From Neocallimastix sp. 'constans' (Eukaryota), in the NCBI GenBank assembly GCA_050613775.1, contig JBODTK010000116.1:62001-126000 (forward strand): DNA of 64,000 nt, given 5' to 3'. Shown in pieces: positions 12,872 to 25,185 of the stretch; within the stretch, counting starts at the first letter, position 1; each line of letters opens with the position of its first letter. The notes beneath the pieces are model-generated. The model saw only the letters and a program-made list of their open reading frames with translations, ran no database searches and had not been told where the DNA came from. Both the position numbers and the translations under genes were made by a program.

Positions 12872-14545
12872 ATGAGAGTAACTCTTTCTATTTCAACATT
12901 ATTAATTTCAGCAATTTCTTTAATTACCAAGACATGTGCTGCTCCAGATCCAAACTTCCATATTTATTTGGCCTTTGGTCAATCTAATATGCAAGGAGCA
13001 GGTCAAATTGCAAATCAAGATAAAACTGTAGATAAACGTTTTCAAATGTTAGCCACAGCTGGAGGTTGTAATAATCGTCAAGTTGGTAATTGGTATGATG
13101 CTATTCCTCCACTTGCTCATTGTGGTGGAGGTTTAGGTCCAGTTGATTACTTTGGTCGTAATTTAATTAAAAACTTACCTTCTCAAATTAAAGTTGGTGT
13201 TGTTGTTGTCGCTGTAGCTGGATGTGATATTCAACTTTTTGAAAAGGATAATTACAGAAGTTATAATATGGCTGACTGGATGAAAAGTATTGTTAACTCC
13301 TATGGAGGTAATCCATATGGAAGATTAGTTGAAATGGGTAAAAAGGCTCAACAAGCTGGTGTTATTAAAGGTATTCTCTTCCATCAAGGTGAAACTAACA
13401 GTGGTCAACAAAATTGGCCAAATCGTGTTAAAGGTATCTATGATAATCTTATCAAGGATTTAGGCTTAAAGGCTTCAGAGGTTCCTCTTCTTGCTGGTGA
13501 ACTTGTTTCTAGTGCTAAAGGGGGTGTTTGTGGAGGTCATAATAGTATTATTCAACGTCTTCCACAAGTTATTCCAAATGCTCATGTTATTTCTTCTAGT
13601 GGATTAGATCAACAAGGTGATGGTCTCCACTTCACATCAGCTGCTTATCGTACTTTTGGTCAACGTTTCGCTGAGACTATGTTAAAACTTCTTGGTGATG
13701 TTAAAACTAATACTGGTAGTCAAGGTAGTCAAGGAAATCAAACGGGTCAAACTGGTCAAGGTAGTCAAGGTGGTCAGACTGCTAGCACTTCAAATAAAAT
13801 TACTGACGGTTGGTATTATATTAAGAACAGTAGTTCTGGTAAATATCTTTCTGTTAGAAATGGTGTTGGTGCTAATGCCCAAAATGTTGAAATTGGTTCT
13901 TCAAAACAAAAATGGAAGGTTACAAAAAATAATGATGGTTCCGTTGTAATAATTTCTGAATTTGGTAACTTCGCTTTAGATATTGCAAATGGTTCTGGAG
14001 ATAATGGAGCTAATGTTCAAATTTACACTACTCATGGTGGTGATGCTCAGAAGTTTATTATTAGAGAAACTTCTAACTCTGGTATATTCGTTATTGATAC
14101 TATTGCTAGTGGTGGTTCTAAAGCTTTAGATATTGAAGGTGGTCGTAGTGCTGATGGTACTAACATTTGTCAATGGGATGATTCTGCAAAGAGTAATCAA
14201 ACTTGGACTTTTGAAGCTGTTGGTGGATCAAATAATGGTGGTAATCAAAATCCAGTTAATCCAAGCCAAGAAGCTTCTTGCTGGTCAACTTCATTAGGAT
14301 ATCCATGTTGTAGTTCATGTGTTAATGCCGCTTATCAAGATAATGATGGTTACTGGGGTGTAGAAAATGATGATTGGTGTGGAATTCCAAAGAGTTGTTC
14401 TGCTTCTAGTAATGCCAGTAGTTGTATGGGAGCTCAAGGTTATCCATGTTGTAAATCTACTTGTTTAGTTTACTCTGAAGATGGTGATGGTCAATGGAGT
14501 ATTGAAAACAATGACTGGTGTTTAATTGACAAATCCAAATGCTAA
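12872..14545 (+). CDS. Cellulosomal acetyl xylan esterase (CE6/SASA) + ricin-B/CBM13 + two fungal dockerins (CBM10-like)
   Basis: Signal peptide. CE6 motifs AFGQSNMQG, ILFHQGE and DGLHF. G/Q/S linker. Ricin-type repeats (NVQIY...AQKF, NICQW...NQTW). Two CW..LGYPCC...WGVEN.DWC dockerins. Intronless. Confidence 0.93.
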   Translation: MRVTLSISTLLISAISLITKTCAAPDPNFHIYLAFGQSNMQGAGQIANQDKTVDKRFQMLATAGGCNNRQVGNWYDAIPPLAHCGGGLGPVDYFGRNLIKNLPSQIKVGVVVVAVAGCDIQLFEKDNYRSYNMADWMKSIVNSYGGNPYGRLVEMGKKAQQAGVIKGILFHQGETNSGQQNWPNRVKGIYDNLIKDLGLKASEVPLLAGELVSSAKGGVCGGHNSIIQRLPQVIPNAHVISSSGLDQQGDGLHFTSAAYRTFGQRFAETMLKLLGDVKTNTGSQGSQGNQTGQTGQGSQGGQTASTSNKITDGWYYIKNSSSGKYLSVRNGVGANAQNVEIGSSKQKWKVTKNNDGSVVIISEFGNFALDIANGSGDNGANVQIYTTHGGDAQKFIIRETSNSGIFVIDTIASGGSKALDIEGGRSADGTNICQWDDSAKSNQTWTFEAVGGSNNGGNQNPVNPSQEASCWSTSLGYPCCSSCVNAAYQDNDGYWGVENDDWCGIPKSCSASSNASSCMGAQGYPCCKSTCLVYSEDGDGQWSIENNDWCLIDKSKC

Positions 14546-15947
14546 TTAAAGAAAATTAAGAAAGAAATAGTAATTTTAAAAAAAAAAAAAAAAAGAAAAA
14601 ACCATAAAAAGTCTTTGAAGTAGTTCCTTTTTTTTTATACATTATATTATATAAATTCTCAATAAATTCATTGTATATTGTACATTTGTTAATTATATTA
14701 AATTCCCTTCTTATAAAATAAAGAACATAGTATATATATATATAATTCAAAAATGGATATAGATTATCTATTAAAAATAAATTAAACTTAATACGATGAT
14801 TATCTTATATGGAATATATTATATATAATTGAAAAAAAAAAAAAAAAAAAAAAAAAGGAAAATTAATATTTTTAAATAAATTAAATAAATATAAAAAAGA
14901 TTTATTTAAAAAAAAAAAGATTTATATGTATATACATATTATAAAAATAGATATAGATTATCTATTAAATAATAAAGAACCATAGAAAGTTTGAAATTGT
15001 ATTATACATACTATGATTAAAAACAATATTTTAAAAAAAATGAAATTAATATTTTTTCTTTTATAAATAATAATAATAATAATAATAAAAGTTTAAAAAT
15101 ACATTAATAAAATTGAAAATTAAAAATATATAAAAGAATTTATTTAAAATATTGAATATTTTTTTTTTTTATTTTTTAGTTATGATCAGTTTTATTATAT
15201 TATATTAAATTTATTTTTTTATTTATTTTATTATTTTTTTTTTTTAAATAATTATTTTATAAAAATGTTAAAAAAAAGGAGTAACAATAATAATAATTAG
15301 ATATAGAGAATTATATATATTTATTAAATAATAAAATAGTTCATACTTATATTTGTTGTATATATTTACATTTGTAATGATTAATTATTAAAATTTGTTA
15401 ATTTTATTTTTGTTAATATAAAAATTAAATTAACAGAATAAACCATTCATTTAAATCATATGAGAAACAATTATAATAATAATAATGAATTTTATTAATA
15501 TTATTATATAGTAAATAATCAAATATTATTCAATATATATTGAAAATTTTTTCTTTTGTTAATACTTTAAGAGTGAAAATTAAGAAATAAAAACAATAAT
15601 TTTATAATTTATTTTTAATTTTATTAAATCAAATATTTATGTAAGAAATGTTTTTATTTTTATTTTATATAGATATAAAATTACATTTTATCCTTTTTAA
15701 TATTCTATAATTAAATTATTTTCAGTAATAATAACTTACTCTTGAATATTATTAATTTCTAATATTTTTGAAACTATTAATTTTTTTTTTTTTTTTTATT
15801 TTTATAGATAAAATCGATTTGAATAAAATATTAAAAATAAAATATTTGATTAATGTATGGAATATACTAAAGATGAAATATTTATATATAATCACTTTCT
15901 CTAACTATATATTAAAATTAACTATAAAAATATTTAAATATATATAA

Positions 15948-17582
15948 TTATATATAGATTTGTTTCATTTGGAAAGGTTCAACAGATATCTTATCAATTA
16001 TTTTTTTCTGATCAGTAATTTCTACAGTAGCACTTTCATTTGAGAAATTAAATACTAAAGCTAATTTATTTTTCCTTTGTTCATCAGAACGAATAAACGC
16101 AATTACGTTTTTATTTTCAGTATTAATAAAATCTAAATATCCAATATGATTTAATATTTTATTTTCTTTTCTCCATTTAATCGCCTCTTTTGTAAAATGA
16201 AGCATAGAATCCTTTTGATTTTCCTGAAGAGAAGCTGCTAATTTGCATTGCTCCGGTGTTGGTTTTAACCATAAGTTAGTACCGCTTTCAGTCCATGGAA
16301 TAGATGTTCTGGCTGCATCCCATGGCATTCCAACAATTTCAGAAAGTTTTAAGGGATCATTTGTTGGATTTTTTGCTTTATTAATATCTGGATTGGAGAG
16401 TCCTAATTCCTCACCTTGAAAAATGCAAATACTTCCTGGAAGTGATAATAACAATTTCATGGCTAATTTTAATTGCTCAGGTGTAGCATTCTTACCAAAC
16501 CAACGAGAAGATACTCTTTCCATATCATGATTTGATAAAGCCCAATTAATTTTTGATCCATTATCAGATATGGCCTGCTCAGAACTATTATTTTGTTCTT
16601 TCAACATTTCTTCTACTCCTTGTTTAAATTCTTTTAAAGTTTCACGTAATGCTCCAGTATAAAACGTATCACATGCACTTTCTCTTATATATTTACGTCC
16701 ATTAAAATTACCATCATAACCTTTATCAAATGTGTATTCTGATAATAAAACTTTGGGATCATTATAAGTATTAGCTAATTTTTTTAATCTTTCAATAAAA
16801 TTATACCCTATTTCTTGATTAATATCATAAATACGTTTTTGTTCTCTATCACTACCTTTAATATTTAAATTTTCTTTGTCATCATTCACATATGGATTAT
16901 CCCTTAAATCAGGATCATGTCCATAGTGACATGTTCCATCTAATCTAAAACCATCAATTCCTAAATCAAACCAATACTTTGAGATTCTTAAAAGTTCATC
17001 TTGAACCTTAGGATTGTTGATATTTAGATTTGGCATGGTATAATCAAAACTATGCATGTAAAATTGTTGACGTTCTTCATTCCAATACCATGCACTACTT
17101 CCTGAAGAATCCCAGGTAGAGGGCCAATTATTTGGAGGAATAGGTTTTCCATCATGATCTGTACCTTTAGCATCTGCCCAAACAAAAAAATCTGTATATG
17201 GTCCTTCTTTTTTTATACTTTTTTTAAACCATGGATGTTCCATTGAACAGTGATTAATAACATGATCTGTTAAAACTTTTATACCTTTCGAATGAAAAGC
17301 ATCAGTTAGTTCTTTTAGATCTTCCACTGTCCCATACATAGGATCAATTTCTTCATAATTTGTGATATCATACCCAAAGCCATTTCTATTCCATTTTAAA
17401 AAAGGTGAAATCCATATGGCATCAACACCTAATTCTTTTATAAATTGGAGTTTTTCCAAAATTCCTTTCAAATTACCATAGGCACCTTTATATGGATCAC
17501 TTTTACTTCCTTTTGCGTAATTAAAAGTTAATGGATATATCTGATAAATAATCGCGTTTTGAATCCAACTCTTTTCTGGCAT
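15948..17582 (-). CDS. GH13 alpha-glucosidase/oligo-1,6-glucosidase-like enzyme, no signal peptide
   Basis: Motifs IYQIYP, LGVDAIWISPF, GYDITNY, VINH, PPNNW, GIDGFRLD (nucleophile), LLSEY (acid/base), SNHD and FQGEELGL. Intronless, 544 aa. Confidence 0.93.
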   Translation of the reverse strand: MPEKSWIQNAIIYQIYPLTFNYAKGSKSDPYKGAYGNLKGILEKLQFIKELGVDAIWISPFLKWNRNGFGYDITNYEEIDPMYGTVEDLKELTDAFHSKGIKVLTDHVINHCSMEHPWFKKSIKKEGPYTDFFVWADAKGTDHDGKPIPPNNWPSTWDSSGSSAWYWNEERQQFYMHSFDYTMPNLNINNPKVQDELLRISKYWFDLGIDGFRLDGTCHYGHDPDLRDNPYVNDDKENLNIKGSDREQKRIYDINQEIGYNFIERLKKLANTYNDPKVLLSEYTFDKGYDGNFNGRKYIRESACDTFYTGALRETLKEFKQGVEEMLKEQNNSSEQAISDNGSKINWALSNHDMERVSSRWFGKNATPEQLKLAMKLLLSLPGSICIFQGEELGLSNPDINKAKNPTNDPLKLSEIVGMPWDAARTSIPWTESGTNLWLKPTPEQCKLAASLQENQKDSMLHFTKEAIKWRKENKILNHIGYLDFINTENKNVIAFIRSDEQRKNKLALVFNFSNESATVEITDQKKIIDKISVEPFQMKQIYI

Positions 17583-18248
17583 TATTAATTAAATAACAAT
17601 TTTTTAAGTACTATTTATTAATTAGAATTTATAATTTTAAGTATTATATAGTAAATAAAATTTTAATTTAGCATTAAATTAATAAAAAAAAATTTTTTTT
17701 TTTCATTTAATAAATTAAATTTTATTAAATATAAATTTTCTTATTGAATATAAAGTTTTATTAATAAAATTATTTATTAGTTAATACAAAGAGATGATTA
17801 TCAATGTTTAACATAATAAAATTGTTAAATATATCAGCAATTGATTAATGCTTACAGAGATATCACAGGATTATTCAACTTTTTTTATTATTTTATTTTA
17901 TTACTATTAATGTAGTACTAATATTCTTGATGGATTGATTATAGTTTTATTTATTTCTAATATGTAAACTTTTTATAAAAATTGATCTTTTTATTGTGAA
18001 GTAAAGAAAAAAAAAGAAAAAGAGAGATTTCTGGTTCTTTGAAGTATTATTTATATAGTATTTCATCTTAAATAGTTTTTGGACATAAAAAAAATGTAAA
18101 AATACTAATGCATGAAACAATTTATAATTTCTATTTATTTTATTATTATTGTAGTGGCATGTTTAAAGAAAAAGATTTTTTGATTTTAACTATGAGACAT
18201 ACATTACAAAAATTTACATGATTTATATTAATATGACTTGTTATAGAA

Positions 18249-19555
18249 TACTTTTAATCATTACATTATATTATGGAACGTGTTTCGTTTCGCAATTGTG
18301 AATGCATTTCGCAATGTGGCCTAAAATATTTTTAATTGATTGCCACATTATATAATTTTTTTTTTTTTTTTTTTTAGACATGGAAGAGAATACACTTCCA
18401 AAACTTTATTAATTTTATTTTAAAAATATATAATTTTCTTTAACCAATGAATAAATAATTAAATAAATAATAAAAATCATTTTTGAAATAAATGAAGTCT
18501 TTAAATATTTTATTATAAAATATTTTTAAATAAATAATAAATAATAAATAATAAATAATAAATAATAAATAATAAATAATAAATAATAAATAATAAATAA
18601 TAAATAATAAATAATAAATAATAAATAATAAATAATAAATAATAAATAATAAATAATAAATAATAAATAATAAATAATAAATAATAAATAATATATAATA
18701 AATAATAAATAATAAATAATATATAATAAATAATAAATAATAAATAATAAATAATAAAATATAAATAATAAATAATAAATAATAAATAATAATAATAAAT
18801 AATAAATAATAAATAATAAATAATAAATAATAAATAAAAAATAATAATAAAAAGAGTATTTATTAATTAATAATAAATAATAAATTATAAATAATAAATA
18901 AAAATATTTTAAACCATACTTTTCGAAATGCACATCTATATTATGTTTATATTAATAATATATATTAATAAATAATTTATTTTACTTTATTATTAATATA
19001 AAAAAAAAAATTAAATGGCTTGAAAAACAATGGATAGTACATTACAATTAATATGAATTTATGGTATGATAAAAATTATTTTTTATATATTCAATCTTTT
19101 TAAGTCCTTTTTTTTTTTTTTAACAATCAACTTTATAAGAAAGACAAAAAATGCATAAAAGACAACTGTTTAAAGACATATTTTTCTCTTTCATTATTGC
19201 ATTCTAATCCATAAAAAAGTCCTATTTTATTTCAATTTTTTTGATTTTTTTTTTTACTTTTAATCATTACATTATATTATGGAACGTGTTTCGTTTCGCA
19301 ATTGTGAATGCATTTCGCAATGTGGCCTAAAATATTTTTAATTGATTGCCACATTATATAATTTTTTTTTTTTTTTTTTTTTTAGACATGGAAGAGAATA
19401 CACTTCCAAAACTTTATTAATTTTATTTTAAAAATATATAATTTTCTTTAACCAATGAATAAATAATTAAATAAATAATAAAAATCATTTTTGAAATAAA
19501 TGAAGTCTTTAAATATTTTATTATAAAATATTTTTAAATAAATAATAAATAATAA
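18249..19555. repeat. ~300-bp direct repeat (18249-~18545 and 19255-~19555), each copy followed by an (AATAAAT)n array
   Basis: Near-identical sequence TACTTTTAATCATTAC...GGAACGTGTTTCGTTTCGCAATTGTGAATGC...GCCACATT...GGAAGAGAATACACTTCC in both copies, offset about 1006 bp. Confidence 0.9.
18527..18840. repeat. (AATAAAT)n heptamer satellite
   Basis: Visible tandem array; source of spurious FIIYYLL ORFs. Confidence 0.95.
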
Positions 19556-19679
19556 ATAGTAAATAGTAAATAATAAATAATAAATAAATAATTAATAAAT
19601 AAGAATATTTTAAACCATATTTTTCTCTTTATAAATAATATATAATAAATAATGAATAGTAAATAATTATTAATAAACA

Positions 19680-19930
19680 ATGAATAATAAATAATAAATA
19701 ATAAAAATAATAAATAATAAAAATAATAAATAATCAATAATAAATAATCAATAATAAATAATAAATAATAAATAATAAATAATAAATAATAAATAATAAA
19801 TAATAAATAATAAATAATAAATAATAAATAATAAATAATAAATAACAAATAATAAATAATAAATAATAACAAATAATAAATAATAAATAATAACAAGTAA
19901 TAAATAATAAATAATAATAAATAAATAATT
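19680..19930. repeat. (AATAAAT)n heptamer satellite
   Basis: Visible tandem array. Confidence 0.9.
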
Positions 19931-20021
19931 AATAAATAAAAATATTTTAAACCATATTTTTCTCTTTCATTATTGTATTCTAATCCATAAAAAAGTCCTA
20001 TTTTATTTCAATTTTTTTGAT

Positions 20022-20058
<37 letters not shown>

Positions 20059-22166
20059 TTTATTTTTATTTTTATTTTTATTTATTTATATTTATATAAT
20101 CATTCTCAATATATAAGTTTAAAAAAAATTTTTTTACTTGAAGAACTAGTAAAGAATATAATAATTTATATACATGGATATTTTTATAATTTTTACATAA
20201 TATAATATATATATTATATGGTTTTATAATATATATAAATATTATAAAAAAGCTCTAATATTAAGATATTTTGTGATAATGAAGATTTAAACTCAGTTAA
20301 TGATATAATTAGGAAACTGGAAATCCTAAATCTAGATATAAATGAATTAAATATTGAGAAATTAATTAATCAACTAAAAATAATGAAGCCAAGGAATTTT
20401 TTAAAAGTATTAAAATGTTTATCAGATATAAAAATAAGTACTGTTCTACCATCAATGAAATTATTTCTAATACTAAAAATTCTAATATTTTAAAAAAAAA
20501 AAAAAAAAAAATTCAAATATTTATTTTAAAAAAAAAAAAAATTTCTATATTTTAAAATTTTATAATAACCATAAATAGCCAATAATATTCCTTCAACTCC
20601 CAAAGAATTTTTCTAATTTCGAGAGTAACTTTAAAAAATTTTTATTAATTATTTTTTGAAAATTATAATTATTTATTAAAATTATTTGATGGTAAAATAA
20701 ATTTTGTAAATAGTAATTATTTTCCAACAATAATTACTTATTAATTTTATTCTTTCAAAGAGAAATTAAAATAATTTATTTGAGACCTCTTCCCTTAAAT
20801 AATATGTTTAAAGACATGGTTACATGCATTTTTGAATTATAGGTTATAACATTGAAATATTAAATACTCATGAATTAAAGTGAAATTCAAAGATTCTAAA
20901 TGTGGACAAGTCTGCTTGTCCACATTTTAATTTTAGGAATTAAAATTGAAATAATAGATGATATTTATATTTCATAAGCATTTTATAATTAGCATAACGA
21001 ATATGAATAATATATGAATATTTATAGTACCCTTTTTTGGAAATGGAAAAATTGAAAAAGAAGAATCAATTAATATATTTGAGTTTATTGGTTCATAAAT
21101 ATTTCTTGTTATATGAGCAAGATTTGACATTTGCATTTGCTATTAATTTTAATTGAGGAAAATAAGAAAATTCAAGACAAACAAATTAGAAAATAAAGGA
21201 TAGTAAAATTATATTTCAAAAGATTACAAAATTAAATATGATAGTAAAGAAAAAAAATAATAATAATAAATTTTAATATGGATTCTTACTAAGTCAGAGA
21301 TTCAGTATATTGAAAATTAACTTCAAAAATACATAATTCTTACGAGAATATATATTATTTTATGAGTATTTTAGATATAATTAATGATTACTACATCTAC
21401 TACAGATGCCAATATTTAAGTATAATAAAATGAATAAAAAAATTCTAAGAATTAAAGATTTATTATATGAATTAATTATACAAAATAAATAAATAAATAA
21501 GCAAATAAATTATATATTTGCCGATTCACTCAGAGAGAAATATTAACGGAAATAAAATTTTTATAAAACAAAATATTTAATATGAGGAGGACTGTTTTTA
21601 AATTTATATATGTAGTTTTAAATTCAAATATATTAATATAAAACTATATATATTAATTATATATAATCTAATTAATATTAATTTGTAATAATACTTCTCT
21701 TTATTTTTTTTTTTTTTTTTATCTATTTTTCATATATAGATAATAATTTATAATTTCACATTAAATATAAAATTATCAATTCAATGATTTAAAATTTGTA
21801 AAAATTTCAAAATTTTACATTTAACATCTTATCTTTGTTTATTATAAATAAATGCATTATTTCTTAATTTTTTTAGTTTTTATTTTTTATTATTAATTAT
21901 AAATAAAAATTAATTTTTTTTTCTATTTAACAAATTTTTATAATATTAATAATATATTATAAATATTATTTATAAAAATTCATTTACATGATTTATTTTC
22001 TTTATTAATATTTATATATTGTAAATAAATTTTTTATATTTACATTCATATATATTTTAATTGTACTTTTTTTTATATTACAATAATATACATAATATAT
22101 ATAATTATATATATATATATAAGCTTTGAATTATTTTAATATTTTAACTACTTTTTGTTGTTGTTT

Positions 22167-23043
22167 TTACAATCTACATATTCCGTAATTAACTTGACAT
22201 CCTTTAACTCTATAACAGTAGGTAGAAGTTGTTCCACAGAATCCATATTTACTACAGCATTGACCAGATGGACATACTCCATATTTTTTACCACATCTAC
22301 CTTCTGTAGGGGATGCAGATGTGGTTGTGGTTGTTGTGGTTGTTGTGGTTGTTGTGGTTGTAGTAGTTTCAACAGGTTCAGCATAAACTTGTCTATTTAA
22401 AATGTTACCAGTTTCATATCTACATACTAAAAGATATTTATATTTATAATTTTCACAATAGGAAAGTCCACAACCAACTTTTGAATTATTAGCCCATACA
22501 ATTTGAGAGTAGTGACCAACAACCTCCCCATTGTAAGAACCACTTAAAAATTTAGCTCTATATCCAGATTCATCGAATGCTTCTTTTTCGCTCATCCAAA
22601 GATTAAACATTGTACTTATATTACCACCAGTATGACTAGCTAAGTTTTCAGGACCATCACCTGAATGAACCATTCCCAAACATTGTTCAGAATAACTCTT
22701 TAAAAATAAAAAAAAAAAAAAAAATATGAATATTTATTTTATTTTTATTATAAAATTTCCATTTAATTATTTATTTAATATAGAATATTAAATATTATGA
22801 ATAGAAAAAATTATAATAGTAATAATAATAATAAAAATAACAAAAATAACAAAAATATACTTGAGCCGCGTTTGCAAGTGTATTATCCCAATTAATCTCC
22901 TTCATATCTGGAGCATTTAAAGAATCTCTTGCTTCTCTATGAAGTGATAATAAAGTTTGTTTTTGAGATGAAGTTAAATCAGCTTTAACTTCTATGAATC
23001 CTAAAAATGAAGCAGCAACAAGAGCGAAAATATTTAACTTCAT
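22167..23043 (-). CDS. Secreted CAP (SCP/PR-1) protein with Thr linker and C-terminal CBM18 (hevein) domain; exons 23043-22861 and 22697-22167
   Basis: Signal peptide and LSLHREAR...WDNTLANAAQ spliced (GT at 22860, AAG acceptor 22700-22698) to SYSEQCLGMVHS...ENLA...GHYSQIVW...VGCG...LVCRY..GN. Poly-Thr linker, then RCGKKYGVCPSGQCCSKYGFCG. Confidence 0.92.
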
Positions 23044-23166
23044 CTTAAACTTGAAAAAAAAAAAATAAAAATTTTCGTTTAAATTGATTTATTGATTAGT
23101 AGAATTATAGTAATTCAATTGTGTATTACAAAAGAAGATTTAAGAATAAAAAAAAATTTCAAAAAG

Positions 23167-23200
<34 letters not shown>

Positions 23201-24101
23201 GTAAATTTTTTCAATTAATAAATCATAAAAAATGTTAAAGATATATAACTTTAAACTATAAAAAATCAAAAGAAGAAAAAAATTATGAAATGAATTTTTT
23301 CATATTTATAATTTTTAAAGTATATTAAATTGGTAATACGGTTACTTTCTTTTTCGTAATTTTTTTGTAATTTTTTTCTCTTTTTTTTTTAAAAAAGAAA
23401 AACCGTATGTTATAAAATTTATAAAATTTTTTCATATTTATAATTATTAAAGTTTTTAAAATTGGGAATACGGTTACTTTTTTACTTTTTACTTTATAAT
23501 TTATTTATTTATTGTTTATTTACATATAGAATAGAACTAAAAATAAAAAATAAAAAAAAAAAAAAATTAAAATATTAGTTAATAAAATATATATTATATA
23601 TATATATCTTCTATAAAGTTATATAAGTTAAAAGTTGACGCTTTTAAATAAAAATTTTATTACAAAAATATTTCTATAATTTCTAATAGTAATGTATTAA
23701 TAACATTTTTTTTTTCATATATATAAAGCATAAAAAGCACAACAAAAAAATATATAAATTTTGTCTATTAACATATATAAAATATGTTTTTTGTATTATT
23801 ATTTTCTTTTCTTTTCTATTCTACATATTATTTTTTTTTTTTTTTTTTTTTGTTAATTTTAATTATTTTTTATATCATTGTTTTTTTTTTTTTTTATTAT
23901 TATTTTTATAAAAAAAATTATATATATATGTATATTAAAAAAAAAAAAAAAAGTTTTAATTTGCTACCAAATACTTTAATGATATGTATATTTATGTAAA
24001 TTATTAAAAATTATAAAATAAAATGTATTATTGTATAATTATATTTAAAAAAAAAACTTATAGCTAAAGAAAAGAGATTTTCATAATTTTTAATTTTACA
24101 G

Positions 24102-24150
<49 letters not shown>

Positions 24151-25147
24151 TCTCAAATATTAATTATATGATTTATAATTTTTTTTATATAAAAAATAAA
24201 ATGAAGTTATTTTCTTTTGATTATAATTAACTTAAATAATTATTAATTTTAAAAAAAAATAATACAAAAATAAATTTTTTTCAAAAATTTTTATTAAAAC
24301 AGTAAATATATTGTTTAATTTTTCCCTTTAAATCCTTTAATAAAAATTTGCCTATTACTTTAATTATAAAAATAAAATGTATTTTTAATTATATATTAGG
24401 AAAAAAAAATTAAATATTTGAAATAAATATATATAAATTTATTTTTCATCCTTATTTTTTTTGTATCATTGTATTAATATATATATATGGATAAAAAAAA
24501 ATTCAATACATTATTATATGAAATGCTAAAAATGTTAAATAATTGATATCGTTTATAAATTTGTACAATAATAATTTTATTATATATAATTAAAAAAAAA
24601 AAAAAAATTAAAATTTTGTAATAAAATATTACTAACTTTAAAATTTAAAATTCAAAAAAAAGAAAAAACTTAAAAAAAATTAAGATTTTAAAAAAAAAAA
24701 ATTTTAAAATTTAAAATAAATTAATTTAAAATTGAACCTTGATTGATAAAATTACTTTTATTACAATAAATAATTTTTAAAAATTTAAATTTAAAATATA
24801 TTGATTGATGATTTTTTTTTCTTTATAACGATAATGTGTAATTTTCTGCAATGTCCTTTTTTATTATTATTATTTATACAATATAGACTAAATGGAAACT
24901 TACCAAAATTAGCTCTAAATCTTTTCTTAACTGAAATAACAATAATTTTTATAATAGATTTCAAAAAAAATTGTAATCATTGTAATTATTGATTGATAAA
25001 CTTTTTTAATCTTTTTTGTGAATATAATAGTTTTTTCATGTCTAGTTTAAAGTTTATTCATAAATAATAAACTTATATCTTGTTATTTTATTATATATAT
25101 ATATAATTTTTCTTTTATTTTTAATTTTATTTATTTTTTTTATTCTT

Positions 25148-25185
<38 letters not shown>

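Noticed and set aside
18526..19896. ORFs with FIIYYLL repeats (18526-18933, 19534-19896)
   Set aside because: They are translations of the (AATAAAT)n satellite.
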